Source: Chrysomallon squamiferum
Lineage: Eukaryota; Animalia; Mollusca
Direction: 5' to 3'
DNA: 64,000 bases
Assembly (NCBI GenBank): GCA_012295275.1
Contig: CM022672.1
Coordinates: forward strand, 31,434,001 to 31,498,000
Part shown: positions 45,157 through 56,797 of the stretch, in pieces
Layout of the letters: each line of letters begins with the position of its first letter
Numbering within the stretch: the stretch's first letter is position 1
Program-made: the position numbers and the translations under genes
Notes under the pieces: generated by a model
Database searches by the model: none
What the model saw: the letters and a program-made list of their open reading frames with translations, nothing else
Told to the model about the DNA's origin: nothing

Positions 45157-45944
45157 TTAATAATAAGCTAAAATAAACTTTGGTTGTTAGTTTTTCATTA
45201 TCCTGCTACAAAATAAATAAATAAATAAAATAAAATAAAAATAAAAATGAATGTAAACTAACAGAATAAATAAGCAAATCTTTTAATATCCTTATTACAG
45301 AATGGAACCATAGATTTTAGAATTCTTTTCTTCCCAACTAAATATCTGAGTACAAACGTACCTCAAATTATGTCATCATTAATCTATCGTTCTAAATACT
45401 AAAATCATGTACAAGCTGAAGCATTACATTGTACGTACAGTAAGTCATTGTACACTCCTAAGTCAACAAAAAACAACAACAAACAAACAACCTACTATGG
45501 CAACCATAGTATCGTGAAATACGTCATATTACTATTATAAAGACAGAAGTGAAAATATTTCATACTGTTGAATTGAAGTAAATATGTTAACATTAGCTCT
45601 ATGAACTGCATTAAGGTTCTTAAGGTGTCTGTTATAACATTAAACACGCAATATTTAAACATTAGATATTTTTTTAAAATAATGAAATTTGACGTATTAA
45701 TATACTTTAAAGTAATTCTGGTAATATATCTGTTATAGCTAGTTAATTATAAACACACTGAATAGTTAGTTAATTATGGACAAACTGTACTATAGTTATT
45801 TATGTACTAACTGTATATTTAACTGCCATTGCAAACTGTAATAACATTAAATTACGTCACATCAAAATAACCATGGTTACTGTTACAATAATTGTGAAGT
45901 ACGTCACATTAAAACAGCTGAAGAATCAGCCGGAGATTGAAATA

Positions 45945-46276
45945 CAGGTACCGGACCAATTATCCGGACTCCTTGGGGCCTGAAGCATTCCGGATTTCTG
46001 ATTTTTCCGGTTTTCTGGTACCAAAGCATCTAAATACGTAAATAATTAGGCATAAACATTTTAAAATTAAAAACATAAAGAAAATTGACGATACACAACT
46101 GTGGCGATTCGACACGTAAACAATGCGGCGAGTGAATGAACGCCACGCGGCTTGAAAGAGTAGTTCCGGTTTGGTGAGGACAACACCCGCGCGCGCGAAC
46201 TATGAAAATAGCGTCACCAAAGAACTTCCGGCGTTTCCGGATTTCAGGGGACGCCGGATAATTGGTCCGGTACCTG
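45945..46276. mobile_element. 332-bp non-autonomous DNA transposon (MITE), Tc1/mariner-pogo superfamily type
   Basis: Perfect 23-bp TIRs CAGGTACCGGACCAATTATCCGG (45945-45967 and 46254-46276), TA target-site duplication at 45943-44 and 46277-78, no transposase. Confidence 0.9.
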
Positions 46277-46547
46277 TACATCTTTTATGTCAGCTTTAGC
46301 AATATTAAATACGTAACACTGAAACGTCTAAAACGGTAATAATGTTAAATACGTCATATTAAATCTTCTAATAGTAAGATTATAACAACATCATGTTAAA
46401 CAGAAACGACAGCAGTGTGAGATAAAAAAATCATTTTAAAACATCTACGATAACATGTCATAAGCGAAATACTACTAAAAAGAGCTGCTGAAAATACGTC
46501 ATACTCTGGCTTATTTACGTTAACACGAACACAAACACTGACACGGA

Positions 46548-46799
46548 CTACAACGGAATTTCTGCTTTCTTCTCTTCGCCGAAGATGATTTTCTGGGCTC
46601 GGCGGTGCCGCTCTATCCAGATTTCTATGATGGACCTTTCTTTCTCGATGTTGTCCAGCCAGCTGACGATCTTCTCCAGCAGATCGAGTTTCGTCTTCAT
46701 CTGCTCACTCAGCAGCTGACTCTCCGTGTCGTACGTCTTCTTCAGACTGCTCAGCTGCGTGCGCAGTTCTTCGTATTCCTTCTTGACGTCATTGGCATT
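46548..46799 (-). CDS. Secreted helical orphan protein A, exon 2 (NANDVKKEYEELRTQLSSLKKTYDTESQLLSEQMKTKLDLLEKIVSWLDNIEKERSIIEIWIERHRRAQKIIFGEEKKAEIPL*)
   Basis: Polypyrimidine tract and acgcag acceptor, phase 0, GC3-rich codons, heptad-like Leu spacing, TAG stop. Confidence 0.75.
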   Translation of the reverse strand, partial: NANDVKKEYEELRTQLSSLKKTYDTESQLLSEQMKTKLDLLEKIVSWLDNIEKERSIIEIWIERHRRAQKIIFGEEKKAEIPL

Positions 46800-46879
46800 C
46801 TGCGTAGATATAAAAAATAAAAATAAAAAAATTGAAAAAAAAGATTTAATGACGTCATCTTCTTTCATTTTACAGTACA

Positions 46880-47690
46880 GTGCGTACATATTTAACTAAC
46901 TACAGAGGTTGTACATAATTAACTAACTACACAATCAACGGAAAGAACGAAGATTTAATGACGTCATCTTCTTTCATTGATAATACAGTGCGTACATATG
47001 TAACTAACTGGACAGTTAGGCCTTAATTAACAAATTATACAGTCTGTCCATAATTAACTAACAGTACTGTGTGTCCACAATTAACTAACTGCACATTCAA
47101 CAGAAAGAATGAAGATTTAAAGACGTCATCTTTTTTCATTCATAATACAGTACATATTTAACTAATTCTACAGTGTGTACATAATTAACTAACTATTCAC
47201 TGAGCACATAATTAATTAACAATACAGTGCAATCCTATTTAAATAACTATATAATGTGTCCATAATTACCAACTATACAATATGTAGATAATTCACTAAC
47301 TATACAGCCTGTCCCTAAAATAACTAGCTATACAGTATGTCCATAATTAACTAACTATACAGTGTATCTATAATTAACTAACTATACAGTTAGTACATAA
47401 CTAACTATACAGTGTCTCTATAATTAACTAACTATACAGTGTGTCGTAAATTAACTGACTATACAGTGTGTCCATACTTAACTAACTATACAGTGCATAC
47501 ATAATTAACTAACTATACAGTGTAGTCATAATTAACTAACTATAAAGTGTAGTCATAATTAACTAACTATAAAGTGTAGTCATAATTAACTAACTATACA
47601 GTGTGTACATAATTAACTAACTATACAGTGTGTACATAATTAACTAACTATACAGTGTGTACATAATTAACTAGCTATACAGTCTGATAA
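46880..47690. repeat. 27-bp minisatellite (cataattaactaactatacagtgtgta) nested in larger ~110-170-bp duplications
   Basis: Tandem units become homogeneous toward 47690; 'gaagatttaatgacgtcatct' recurs at ~46840, ~46950 and ~47112; an inverted remnant lies at ~45730-45810. Confidence 0.9.
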
Positions 47691-48835
47691 TGATATCTAA
47701 TTTTAAAAATAAACGTGTATAAAACAAAACATTAAAGTAAACAAACATCAGCAGGAATTATAATGTGTTACAGGTGGAAACTGAAAGTTAAACGTTTTCT
47801 TTTGCTGGTTTGATTTACTGTTCACTGATCAGGCTGGGCCACTTCACGCTATGATATTCTAGAAAATTCACTGTATAGTCAATTAAACACACAGACACAC
47901 ACACACACATACACATGTACACACATACATGCTTACATACATACACAAATACACACACACACACGAACACACATACACCTCACACTCACACTCACACACA
48001 CACACACTCATATATATATATATATATATATATTTACATTTACGCACACACACATACATACATACACACACGCATACGTATACACATGTACACATACAAA
48101 CATACATACGCACATATACACGCACGCATATATACACACATAGACAGACACACACAGACACACACATATATATATGTATACACACACACGCACGCGCACA
48201 CACACATACAATAATACATACGTAAGTACGTACGTACGAACATACATATAAGTGATTATGTTTGGAACAGAACTGACTTCGGAGAAAAGATTTTACAATT
48301 TAAGAATGACCAATAACTGATACCCCTATATGGTTTGTTTTATAACAAGTCTAGATTATGAGGAAATAAATTATAATAATAACAGTAACACCAGAACAGC
48401 AGTAATAAGAACAGAAACAAGAAAAATAATTAAAAATAATAACAGACAAATAATTATAAAACAACAGCAATAACAACAAAACAACAAAAACAGTAAAAAA
48501 ATAAAAAAATAACAATAATAACAACAATATTAACAACAATAAAATAATAATAACAACAAAAATAAATAGCAATAAATATAATAAGAATAAAGCCAACAAT
48601 AATAAAACAACAGCAGTAAGAACAACATTAACATGAGTAGCAGAGAGGCTATAGCATTATTATTATTAGTAGTAGTAGTAGTAGTAGCAGTAGTAGTAGT
48701 AGCAGCAGCAGTAGTAGTAGTAGTGGTAGTAGTATTCCTAAACTGTTCATGTAATTATTAATATTTTTAGTCTTATCTTATTATTTTTTTACGTTTTTGT
48801 TTTGTCATTATCATCATCATCACCATCGTTGTTAC

Positions 48836-48881
<46 letters not shown>

Positions 48882-48904
48882 ACAGTCAATTAAAATTACT
48901 CTAC

Positions 48905-48985
48905 CTTAAAAACACCTTCAAATTCCAGAGAACACACAGAAGCTACACAAATTAGAAACACATAACTAGCCAGGCCGCAGTCCAT
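48905..48985 (-). CDS. Secreted helical orphan protein A, exon 1 with signal peptide (MDCGLASYVFLICVASVCSLEFEGVFK)
   Basis: aacATGg, hydrophobic core with a V-C-S|L cleavage-like site, donor AAG|gtagag phase 0 matching exon 46799. Total 110 aa. Confidence 0.65.
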
Positions 48986-50337
48986 GTTTGTAGGTTTGTT
49001 CAGACAGAAAACACAAACAGTGTATAAGACCTCTGACCTGTATTGTAGAGTTCACCATCAAAATCTATAAACTTGCCTCAGTCTTTGCAAACTGAGTTGT
49101 CTTTGAACGTAGGTTTTTTTGTAAAATTTTATCGATAACTAATTTAGCGGTACGCAAGTACAAACACGTACACAAATTATTTAAAAAATAAAAAAAAAAA
49201 AAAAAAAAAAATATACCATTAAAAAAAAATATTTCTCACACACCCGCACACCCGCACACACGCACATACACGAACATACACACAGACAGAAACAAACAAA
49301 CATACACACCCATACACCCCAAAACAGCACACATCACAAATACGACTGCATAAAATTCACGTACATACATTTACACACATATCTAAAAGCTATGCTGATA
49401 CCTAGTGTAATAACAGATAACAACACTGAGGATGTTTTTAGATAATGTTAGCATTGGGATGTGGGTGGAACGGAATAAAAGCTAATGCAAGAGAATGTCA
49501 CTGAGTCCAGTTTTAGTTGAATCTGTCGAGGTAAAAAAAAACAAAAAAAAAAAAAAAAAAAAAAAAAAGAAAAACAATAACATAACTTTATAAAACGTCA
49601 CTTTTAGATTGAAAAGTGAAGGTCCTTTATTTTTCACAGCTGTATTTGACAACATTTTTACTAGTAATTTAAAATACCTTTATATATAAGCACACACACA
49701 CACACACGCACACACACACACACACAAACACACACATACATTTCCCACATTATTTGTAGATTTTGAAATAACCAACTTTAATTTAGTTTTAAATACATTA
49801 AGTTAATTTAGAGATTTCATTTATAAACTTTTTTTTTATTTATTCTATTTAAAATATAACCAACATGTTATTTTTTTCTTCTCTTTTCTCCTTCTTTTCT
49901 TTCTTTTGTCCCTTTTATTAAGAATAATCAGTCCGAAGAAGAAGAAGAAGAAGAAGAAGAAGAAGAAAAAAAAAGAAGAAGAAGAAGAAACAAAGAAAGA
50001 AAAAATAAAAAAAAAAAAGAAAGAAACAAATACAAAAATTTCTTCATAAAAAATAAACGAAATAAATTAATAAAAGATTTCTTCATTTGAAATTTTGTAG
50101 AGATACCAAAATATACCAAAAGTATATAATTAAAATAAAGTAACAAACAAAAATGCGTAACTGCTTTAAATTTTTAAACGATTTATGAAAGCGTTTTCCA
50201 CGTCAAGTTTTCAAGGCTAAGTAACACGTGTTTTTAACATTGGTGAATGTCATTTATTTTACTTGTTCTGACAGAAACTTCGTTTGTGTCAAATTTTCGG
50301 CCGTGAAAAGATTTCTCAAACTTATACGAAAAAAATA

Positions 50338-50373
<36 letters not shown>

Positions 50374-50549
50374 CGAAATTTTGTTTTCCATATTATATTA
50401 CAAGATCTAAAAAGGCTAGCGGAAATATTGAATGAAGCAGAGTATATATATGACTGCTTGCCTTTAGACTGATTGTTCAAAGTAAATTATTGATACCACT
50501 CGTGTTACTAGGGTGAAAGATAAAAGTGATACAATTCTTCTGAAGCGAA

Positions 50550-50618
50550 ATGACGTCATTGGTTCTTAAAATAATCGTTCTTCTTGCGTTTCTTTCAAAA
50601 CTAACTCTCTGCGAAAAG
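50550..50618 (+). CDS. Secreted KR/RGD-repeat orphan protein B, exon 1 signal peptide (MTSLVLKIIVLLAFLSKLTLCEK)
   Basis: aaATG, hydrophobic core, T-L-C|E cleavage-like site, donor AAG|gtaaat phase 0. Confidence 0.72.
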
Positions 50619-50936
50619 GTAAATACAGTTTCTGCTTGTAAATCTACTGATTTACTTGTTTCCGTGTTTGATTGTTTGTTTTGTTAATTTCTTTATTTTT
50701 ATATTTCTTTCTTTCTTTCTTTCTTTCTTTATTTATTCTTTATTTATTTAATTATTTATTTTGTTTTATTTTTATTTATTGTTTCCTTATTTATTTATTT
50801 TAATTATTTATTTATATATTTATTTATTTATTTATTTTATGTGTTTGTTTATTTATTTATTTGTTTATTCATCATTTTTCCTACAAAAATGAAGGTTTTT
50901 TTTTGGCTTTATCTATTTTTCTTTCTTTTTTTACAG

Positions 50937-51035
50937 AATGATAAAAGAAAGGTATTTGATACTGCAAGTAAATTAGGACAAACATTAGAAAAGCTACAGA
51001 AATACCAGAAGCATGAGAAACGTATGTTGGAAAAG
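50937..51035 (+). CDS. Protein B exon 2 (NDKRKVFDTASKLGQTLEKLQKYQKHEKRMLEK)
   Basis: Long pyrimidine tract and ttacag acceptor, 99 nt, donor AAG|gtacaa, phase 0 to 0. Confidence 0.72.
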
Positions 51036-51815
51036 GTACAACAAAAACTACTACTACTACTACTACTACTACATTACTACTACTACTGTTACCATTACTA
51101 CTACTACTATTACTACTATTACTATCTCTGTTACTACTACTATTACTGTTACTACTACTACTACTACTATTGCTACTACTACTACTACTACTACTATTAC
51201 TACTACTACTACTGTTACCATTACTACCTACTACTACTATTACTATCTCTGTTACTACTACTACTGCTACTACTACTACTGTTACTACTACTACTACTTA
51301 CTACGACTACTACTACATTACTACTACTACTGCTATTGCTACTAATATTACAATTACTACTGTTGTTATTGTTATTGTCATATTATTATATTTTTATTTG
51401 TTTTGTCATTTTTAAATGAAACCATCTGCATGAAACACATTTATACAAATAAACATTTCGCATTAATTGAAAGCGACAGATAAACACATTCATATGCACT
51501 TACAAACTCACACACAACAACATACACACGCAGGCACGCACGCACACGCACTAACATATATACATTTTCCCACATTATTTGTAGGTTTTGAAATAACTGA
51601 AGCTAATTTAGTTTTAAAAAAACATTACGTTAATTTAGATATCTCATTTATGTATTTATATTTTTATTTTATTTTATTTGAAAAATATACAACAATATCA
51701 TTTTTTTTCTTTCTCTTTTCTCCTTTTTTTTTTTTTTTCCTTTTTTACTTTTTTACCCCCTTTTTTATTATTTTTATTATTATTATTATTATTATTTTTA
51801 TTTTTTTTTTTCCAG

Positions 51816-52618
51816 CATGAAAATAATTTCGACACCAGGAATGAAATTTTGACAGACAGGCACAAACTGCCCGACGATGTTCACGTTGAGCAAAAACGAA
51901 GCCGTCGTCTCTTGTAAAGGTGCTGTCACAGTCAAGGAAGTCTTCAGAGGCTGAAAAAGGTGACAGGAAACGCCACAAGGTCGACGATGGTTCTGACAAC
52001 AACAGTAACGACGACAGCAATGACAAGAATACGGCAGAGGAAACAGCAAGAGTCAAAGAATCTGGTGAAGTGGAAGAGTTTGTAGAAGTCATTGGTGAAT
52101 CGGTGATTGACCAGGACGTAAGTGATGACGTCGAGGGTGACGTCAGTGGTGACAAAAGTGGGCACACCGTTCCAAGCAGGGTAGATATTGAAAACAGTGG
52201 TGACACAGATGCTGAAGAAAGTGGTGACACAGATACTGAAAACAATGGTGACATCGATACAGGTGACAACAGCGGTGACGTAGATACTGAAAAGAGAGGT
52301 GACACAGTTACTGAAAAGAGAGGTGACGTAGATACTGAAAAGAGAGGTGACGTAGATACTGAAAAGAGAGGTGACACAGTTACTGAAAAGAGAGGTGGCA
52401 CAGTTACTGAGAAGAGAGGTGACACAGTTACTGAAAAGAGAGGTGACACAGTTACTGAAAAGAGAGGTGACAACAGTGGTGACAACGGGCGGAAGGAAGA
52501 AATATTCAAGGATTTCAAAAGAAAAGATGCAAAGCACAAGAAAGCGAAAAAAAAAAGATTAAACAAAGAACGCAAGGCAGCCAGGAGCTGGTCAGAACGG
52601 GCAAAAAGTATGGAATAA
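51816..52618 (+). CDS. Protein B exon 3: acidic region, 8x GD(T/V)(V/D)TEKR-type repeats, basic C-terminus; apparent 1-nt frameshift at the A5 run 51892-51896
   Basis: Acceptor tttccag, phase 0. As assembled it stops at 51915-51917 (89 aa). The overlapping frame is open from 51890 to TAA 52618, and one extra A gives a 323-aa protein. AATAAA at 52650. Confidence 0.65.
52274..52471 (+). repeat. Coding 24-bp minisatellite x8 (ggtgacacagttactgaaaagaga / ggtgacgtagatactgaaaagaga)
   Basis: Directly visible; encodes the KR/RGD array. Confidence 0.95.
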
Positions 52619-52856
52619 AGGTTGGGCCACGTCAAACCCTGAACCAGCCAATAAAAATAAAATAAAATAAAATAATATCTTAAATAGCGTGTTCTTGTCA
52701 GAACTGAAAATACAGTGAAACGTACAACTGCCCGATGTCAGTTAATTCTGACTTGTTTTCAGTTTCTGTTTTTGTTTGTTTCTTTTTTCAGTAAGAGGGC
52801 AGATAATTTTCAGAAATTAAAATAATTTAATTAAATAATAATAATAATAATAATAA

Positions 52857-52942
<86 letters not shown>

Positions 52943-52946
52943 TAAC

Positions 52947-53032
<86 letters not shown>

Positions 53033-53226
53033 AGCCTTAAACGGATGAATGAATAAGAAAATTAAAAATTAATAAATAAATAAAACAAAAACGCAGCTAA
53101 ACAAACAAACAAACATTTAAACAAACAAACAAACAAATATAAACAAAAAAATAAACAAACAAATAAGACGTTACTAAAGTAGCAAATCAATTATTTTAAT
53201 GCAACGTGATTCTCGCGGATTTCTCG

Positions 53227-53414
53227 TTAGTTCAAAATGCAGCCGGCCATTTTGGGGAAGACGCAAGCGACCGACGTGGGACTGAAGTGAAGACCTTCTG
53301 GGCAGACGTAGACTGTCTGCCGCTGATTGGAGCACATGAGAAACATGCCGCAGTCTGCGCAGAATCGATAGAATCCGTCAGGCTGACCGCCGCAGTCACT
53401 GACACAGTCGAAAT
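53227..53414 (-). CDS. Chitin-binding protein 1, terminal exon, CBM14-like domain 3 (DFDCVSDCGGQPDGFYRFCADCGMFLMCSNQRQTVYVCPEGLHFSPTSVACVFPKMAGCILN*)
   Basis: Peritrophin-A-like DG-x-Y...C...F-x-x-C...CP-x-G-x-x-F...C pattern; acceptor ttttcag phase 1; ATTAAA at 53200-53195. Confidence 0.9.
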
Positions 53415-53470
53415 CTGAAAATACACGTGACACAGAATCGTCTCGTTTTCTCGTTACGTGTTTGGTGAAT

Positions 53471-53507
<37 letters not shown>

Positions 53508-53583
53508 ATGTGTGTGTGTGTGTTCGTGTGTGTGTGTGATGTGTGTGTGTGTGTCGTGTGTGTGTGTGTGTGTGTGTGTGTGT

Positions 53584-53643
<60 letters not shown>

Positions 53644-53645
53644 TC

Positions 53646-53678
<33 letters not shown>

Positions 53679-53716
53679 CGTGTGTGTGTATTTGTGTGTG
53701 TGTTCGTGTGTGTGTT

Positions 53717-53752
<36 letters not shown>

Positions 53753-53939
53753 CGTGTGTGTGTGTGTGTGTGTGTGTATGTGGGTCTGTGTGTGCTCGTA
53801 CAAAGACGTTCATTTGCTCTTACGCATATACCTAAGTTTACTAAACCATATACACCTACATATTCACACCATATCTATATCTATATCTATATATGTATAC
53901 GTATACTTATACCTATACGTACACATAAAAACACTTACA

Positions 53940-54720
53940 CACTCACCTTTTTACACATACACCTACATCTACAAATATACTTACACATACACCTACATCT
54001 ACAAATATACTTACACATATACACACCTACAAATATACTTACACATACACCTACATATACAAATATACTTACACATACACCTACATCTACAAATATACTT
54101 ACACATACACCTACATCTACAAATATACTTACACATACACCTACATCTACAAATATACTTACACATACACCTACATCTACAAATATACATATACACACCT
54201 ACAAAAATATACTTACACATACACCTACATCTACAAATATACTTACACATACACCTACATCTACAAATATACTTACACATACACCTACATCTACAAATAT
54301 ACTTACACATACACCTACATCTACAAATATACTTACACATATACACACCTACAAATATACTTACACATACACCTACATCTACAAATATACTTACACATGC
54401 ACCTACATCTACAAATATACTTACACATACACCTACATCTACAAATATACTTACACATATACACACCTACAAATATACTTACACATAAATCCACATTTAT
54501 AGATATACTTACACATACACCTACAAATATACTTACACAAACATACACATCTTCAAACATACTTACATATACATCCACATTTATAAATATACTTGCACAT
54601 ACACGCACATCTACAAATATACTTACACATACACACACATCTACAAATACACTTACACATCCACACACATCTACAAATATACTTACACATACACCTACAT
54701 CTTCAAGCATACTTACACCC
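53940..54720. repeat. 30-bp minisatellite (acaaatatacttacacatacacctacatct), next to a degenerate (GT)n tract at 53473-53790
   Basis: About 25 tandem units inside an intron; they account for several spurious long ORFs. Confidence 0.92.
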
Positions 54721-54848
54721 ATAATCTACACAAATAATTATTATATACATATGAAAAGGAAGAATAGAAACAGAAATTATAATAATAATATTATATACAT
54801 ATGAAAAGGAAGAATAGAAACAGAAATTATAATAATAATATTATATAC

Positions 54849-54871
54849 CTGTTTGATCTGAGTGAATTGAA
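54849..54871 (-). CDS. Chitin-binding protein 1, 23-nt microexon (completes the Cys codon, then SIHSDQT)
   Basis: Acceptor tttctgtttacgttgcag, donor ACAG|gtatat. It converts phase 2 to phase 1 as required and supplies the T of TGT, the eighth Cys of domain 2. Confidence 0.75.
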
Positions 54872-54942
54872 CTGCAACGTAAACAGAAATATTCTATTAT
54901 CAGTTTGTATTTTGTGTGTGTGTGTCTGTGTGTGTGTCTGTC

Positions 54943-54988
<46 letters not shown>

Positions 54989-56257
54989 AAAATACATATG
55001 ATAACCAACAACGTCATTATCCCTTCACCAATGCAGATTATAAACCCCAATAAAACCGACATCGAATACGCACCTGAAAACACTTACGGAGTTACCTCCC
55101 CTCCCAGAATATTCGCATAATCAAAGTGCGCACCTGCATTGCCGCTGGCAAAATTTGGCTGAATCTTTTACTTTGTTTATTTTTTTCTTTATTTTTTTCT
55201 TCTTTATTTTAAATTCAGTGTGAATCACTCTGATTGTGTACTTAGATAATCTTTCTTATAAATATTCAGTCGTCTGCAACACTTTAAAACTTTACAACGT
55301 TCTTTCTTCCATTATTTTGTTTTCTTTTATTTTCTTTTATTTATTTATTTATTTGTATTTATTTATTTTGCTGCCGTTATTGTTATTGTTGTTGTTGTTG
55401 TTATTGTTGTTATTATTATTATTATTATTATTACTAGTAATATAGTAATAGTAGTAACATTAGTAGTAGTAGTAGTAGTTAGTAACATTATTATTATTAT
55501 TAGTAGTAGTTGTTGTTGTTGTTGTTATTGTTGTGATTGTAATTGTAGTATATATATATACTATACTATAGTATACCTTAGAGATATTACCTATCTCAAC
55601 AATATGTTTGAAAGAGTATAAAACTTGAACTATTGTTTACTTTAGTTGTTTTATTTGTGTTCATTTAAAAATTTGTAAATAAACAAATAAATAATAAATA
55701 AATAAATTAATTAAATAAGTAAATAAAATAAAATAAAATAAATAAATAATAAATAAACAAACAAATAAATAAATAAATAAACAAATAAACATACAAATAA
55801 ATAAACAAATAGATACAAATAATAAATAAACAATTAAATAAAAAGTAAATAACAAACAAACAAAATAAATAAATAAATAAGCAAATAAACAAATAAATAA
55901 ACAAACAAATAAATTAATAACAATTATATAACTAAATAAACAAATAAACAAACAAACAAAATAAGTAAATAAATAAACAAATAAATAAACAATTAAACAA
56001 ACAAATAAACAAACAAATAGATACAAATAATAAATAAATAAACAAATAAATAAGTAAATAAACAAATAAATAAATAATAAACAAACAAACAAACAAACAA
56101 ACAAAATAAACAAATAAATAAGTAAATAAACAAATAAATAAAATAAGTAAATAAATAAACAAATAAATAAATAAATAAATAAATAAATAAACAAACAAAT
56201 AAATAAACAAACGAACAAACAGATAAATTAATAAATAAATAAAATGTGACTGTTTAC

Positions 56258-56708
56258 CATCTTGCGGCAGCTGCCTGTTTGCAGACTCTGAGCTCTGTGT
56301 CGAATATTTCCCCGCCAGGACACGTGTACGTCAACGTCTTCCCCGTGATACACATGTGATACGTCTTACAACTACGACAGCTCACGTACAGTCCTAACAT
56401 TTCTCGTGAACATGTTTCAATACACGTTGTCGCTGACGTCTCTGCACTTGCTAGAGACGTCGTTCGACTTGTCGAAGGCGTGGTTCTGCTAGTTGAAGGC
56501 GTGGTTCTCATGGTTGAAGGCGTGGTTCTGCTAGTTGAAGGCGTGGTTCTCATGGTTGAAGGCGTGGTTCTGCTAGTTGAAGGCGTGGTTCTCATGGTTG
56601 AAGGCATGGTTTTATTACCAGAAGTTGAAGGCGTGGTTTCATTAGTTGAAGGCGTGGTCTCATTAGCTGAAGGCGTGGTCTCATTAGTTGAAGGCGTGGT
56701 CTGATTAG
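56258..56708 (-). CDS. Chitin-binding protein 1, mucin-like 7-aa repeat linker (NETTPST/MRTTPST/SRTTPST) plus CBM14-like domain 2 (CIETCSREMLGLYVSCRSCKTYHMCITGKTLTYTCPGGEIFDTELRVCKQAAAAR)
   Basis: 21-bp coding repeats, Cys pattern, acceptor tctgcag phase 1, donor TG|gtaaac phase 2. Confidence 0.87.
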
Positions 56709-56775
56709 CTGCAGATATTGGACTTGGTGCATACATATATATATATATATATATATACATACAACATATATATAC

Positions 56776-56797
56776 CGTGATTTCTTGTTGACTGAAT
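56776..56797 (-). CDS. Chitin-binding protein 1, 22-nt microexon (IQSTRNH+G)
   Basis: Strong acceptor ctttccttacag, donor CACG|gtatat. Phase 0 to 1 bridges the flanking exons; it is followed by a 67-nt intron. Confidence 0.65.

Noticed and set aside
48277-48325. Candidate middle exon for orphan A
   Set aside because: It has an in-frame stop in phase 0.
51745-52635. 296-aa antisense ORF with SPLFSVTV repeats
   Set aside because: It is the shadow of the + strand repeat; splice sites, signal peptide and polyA signal all support the + strand.
53472-54804. ORFs of 130-340 aa (VCVC, LQIYLHIHLH, CRCRCMCKYI)
   Set aside because: They are translations of (GT)n and the 30-bp intronic minisatellite.
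55088-55158. Candidate exon of chitin-binding protein 1 ending at a gtaagt donor
   Set aside because: In the required phase it contains an in-frame TAA and its acceptor is purine-rich; the 23-nt microexon at 54871-54849 fits better.
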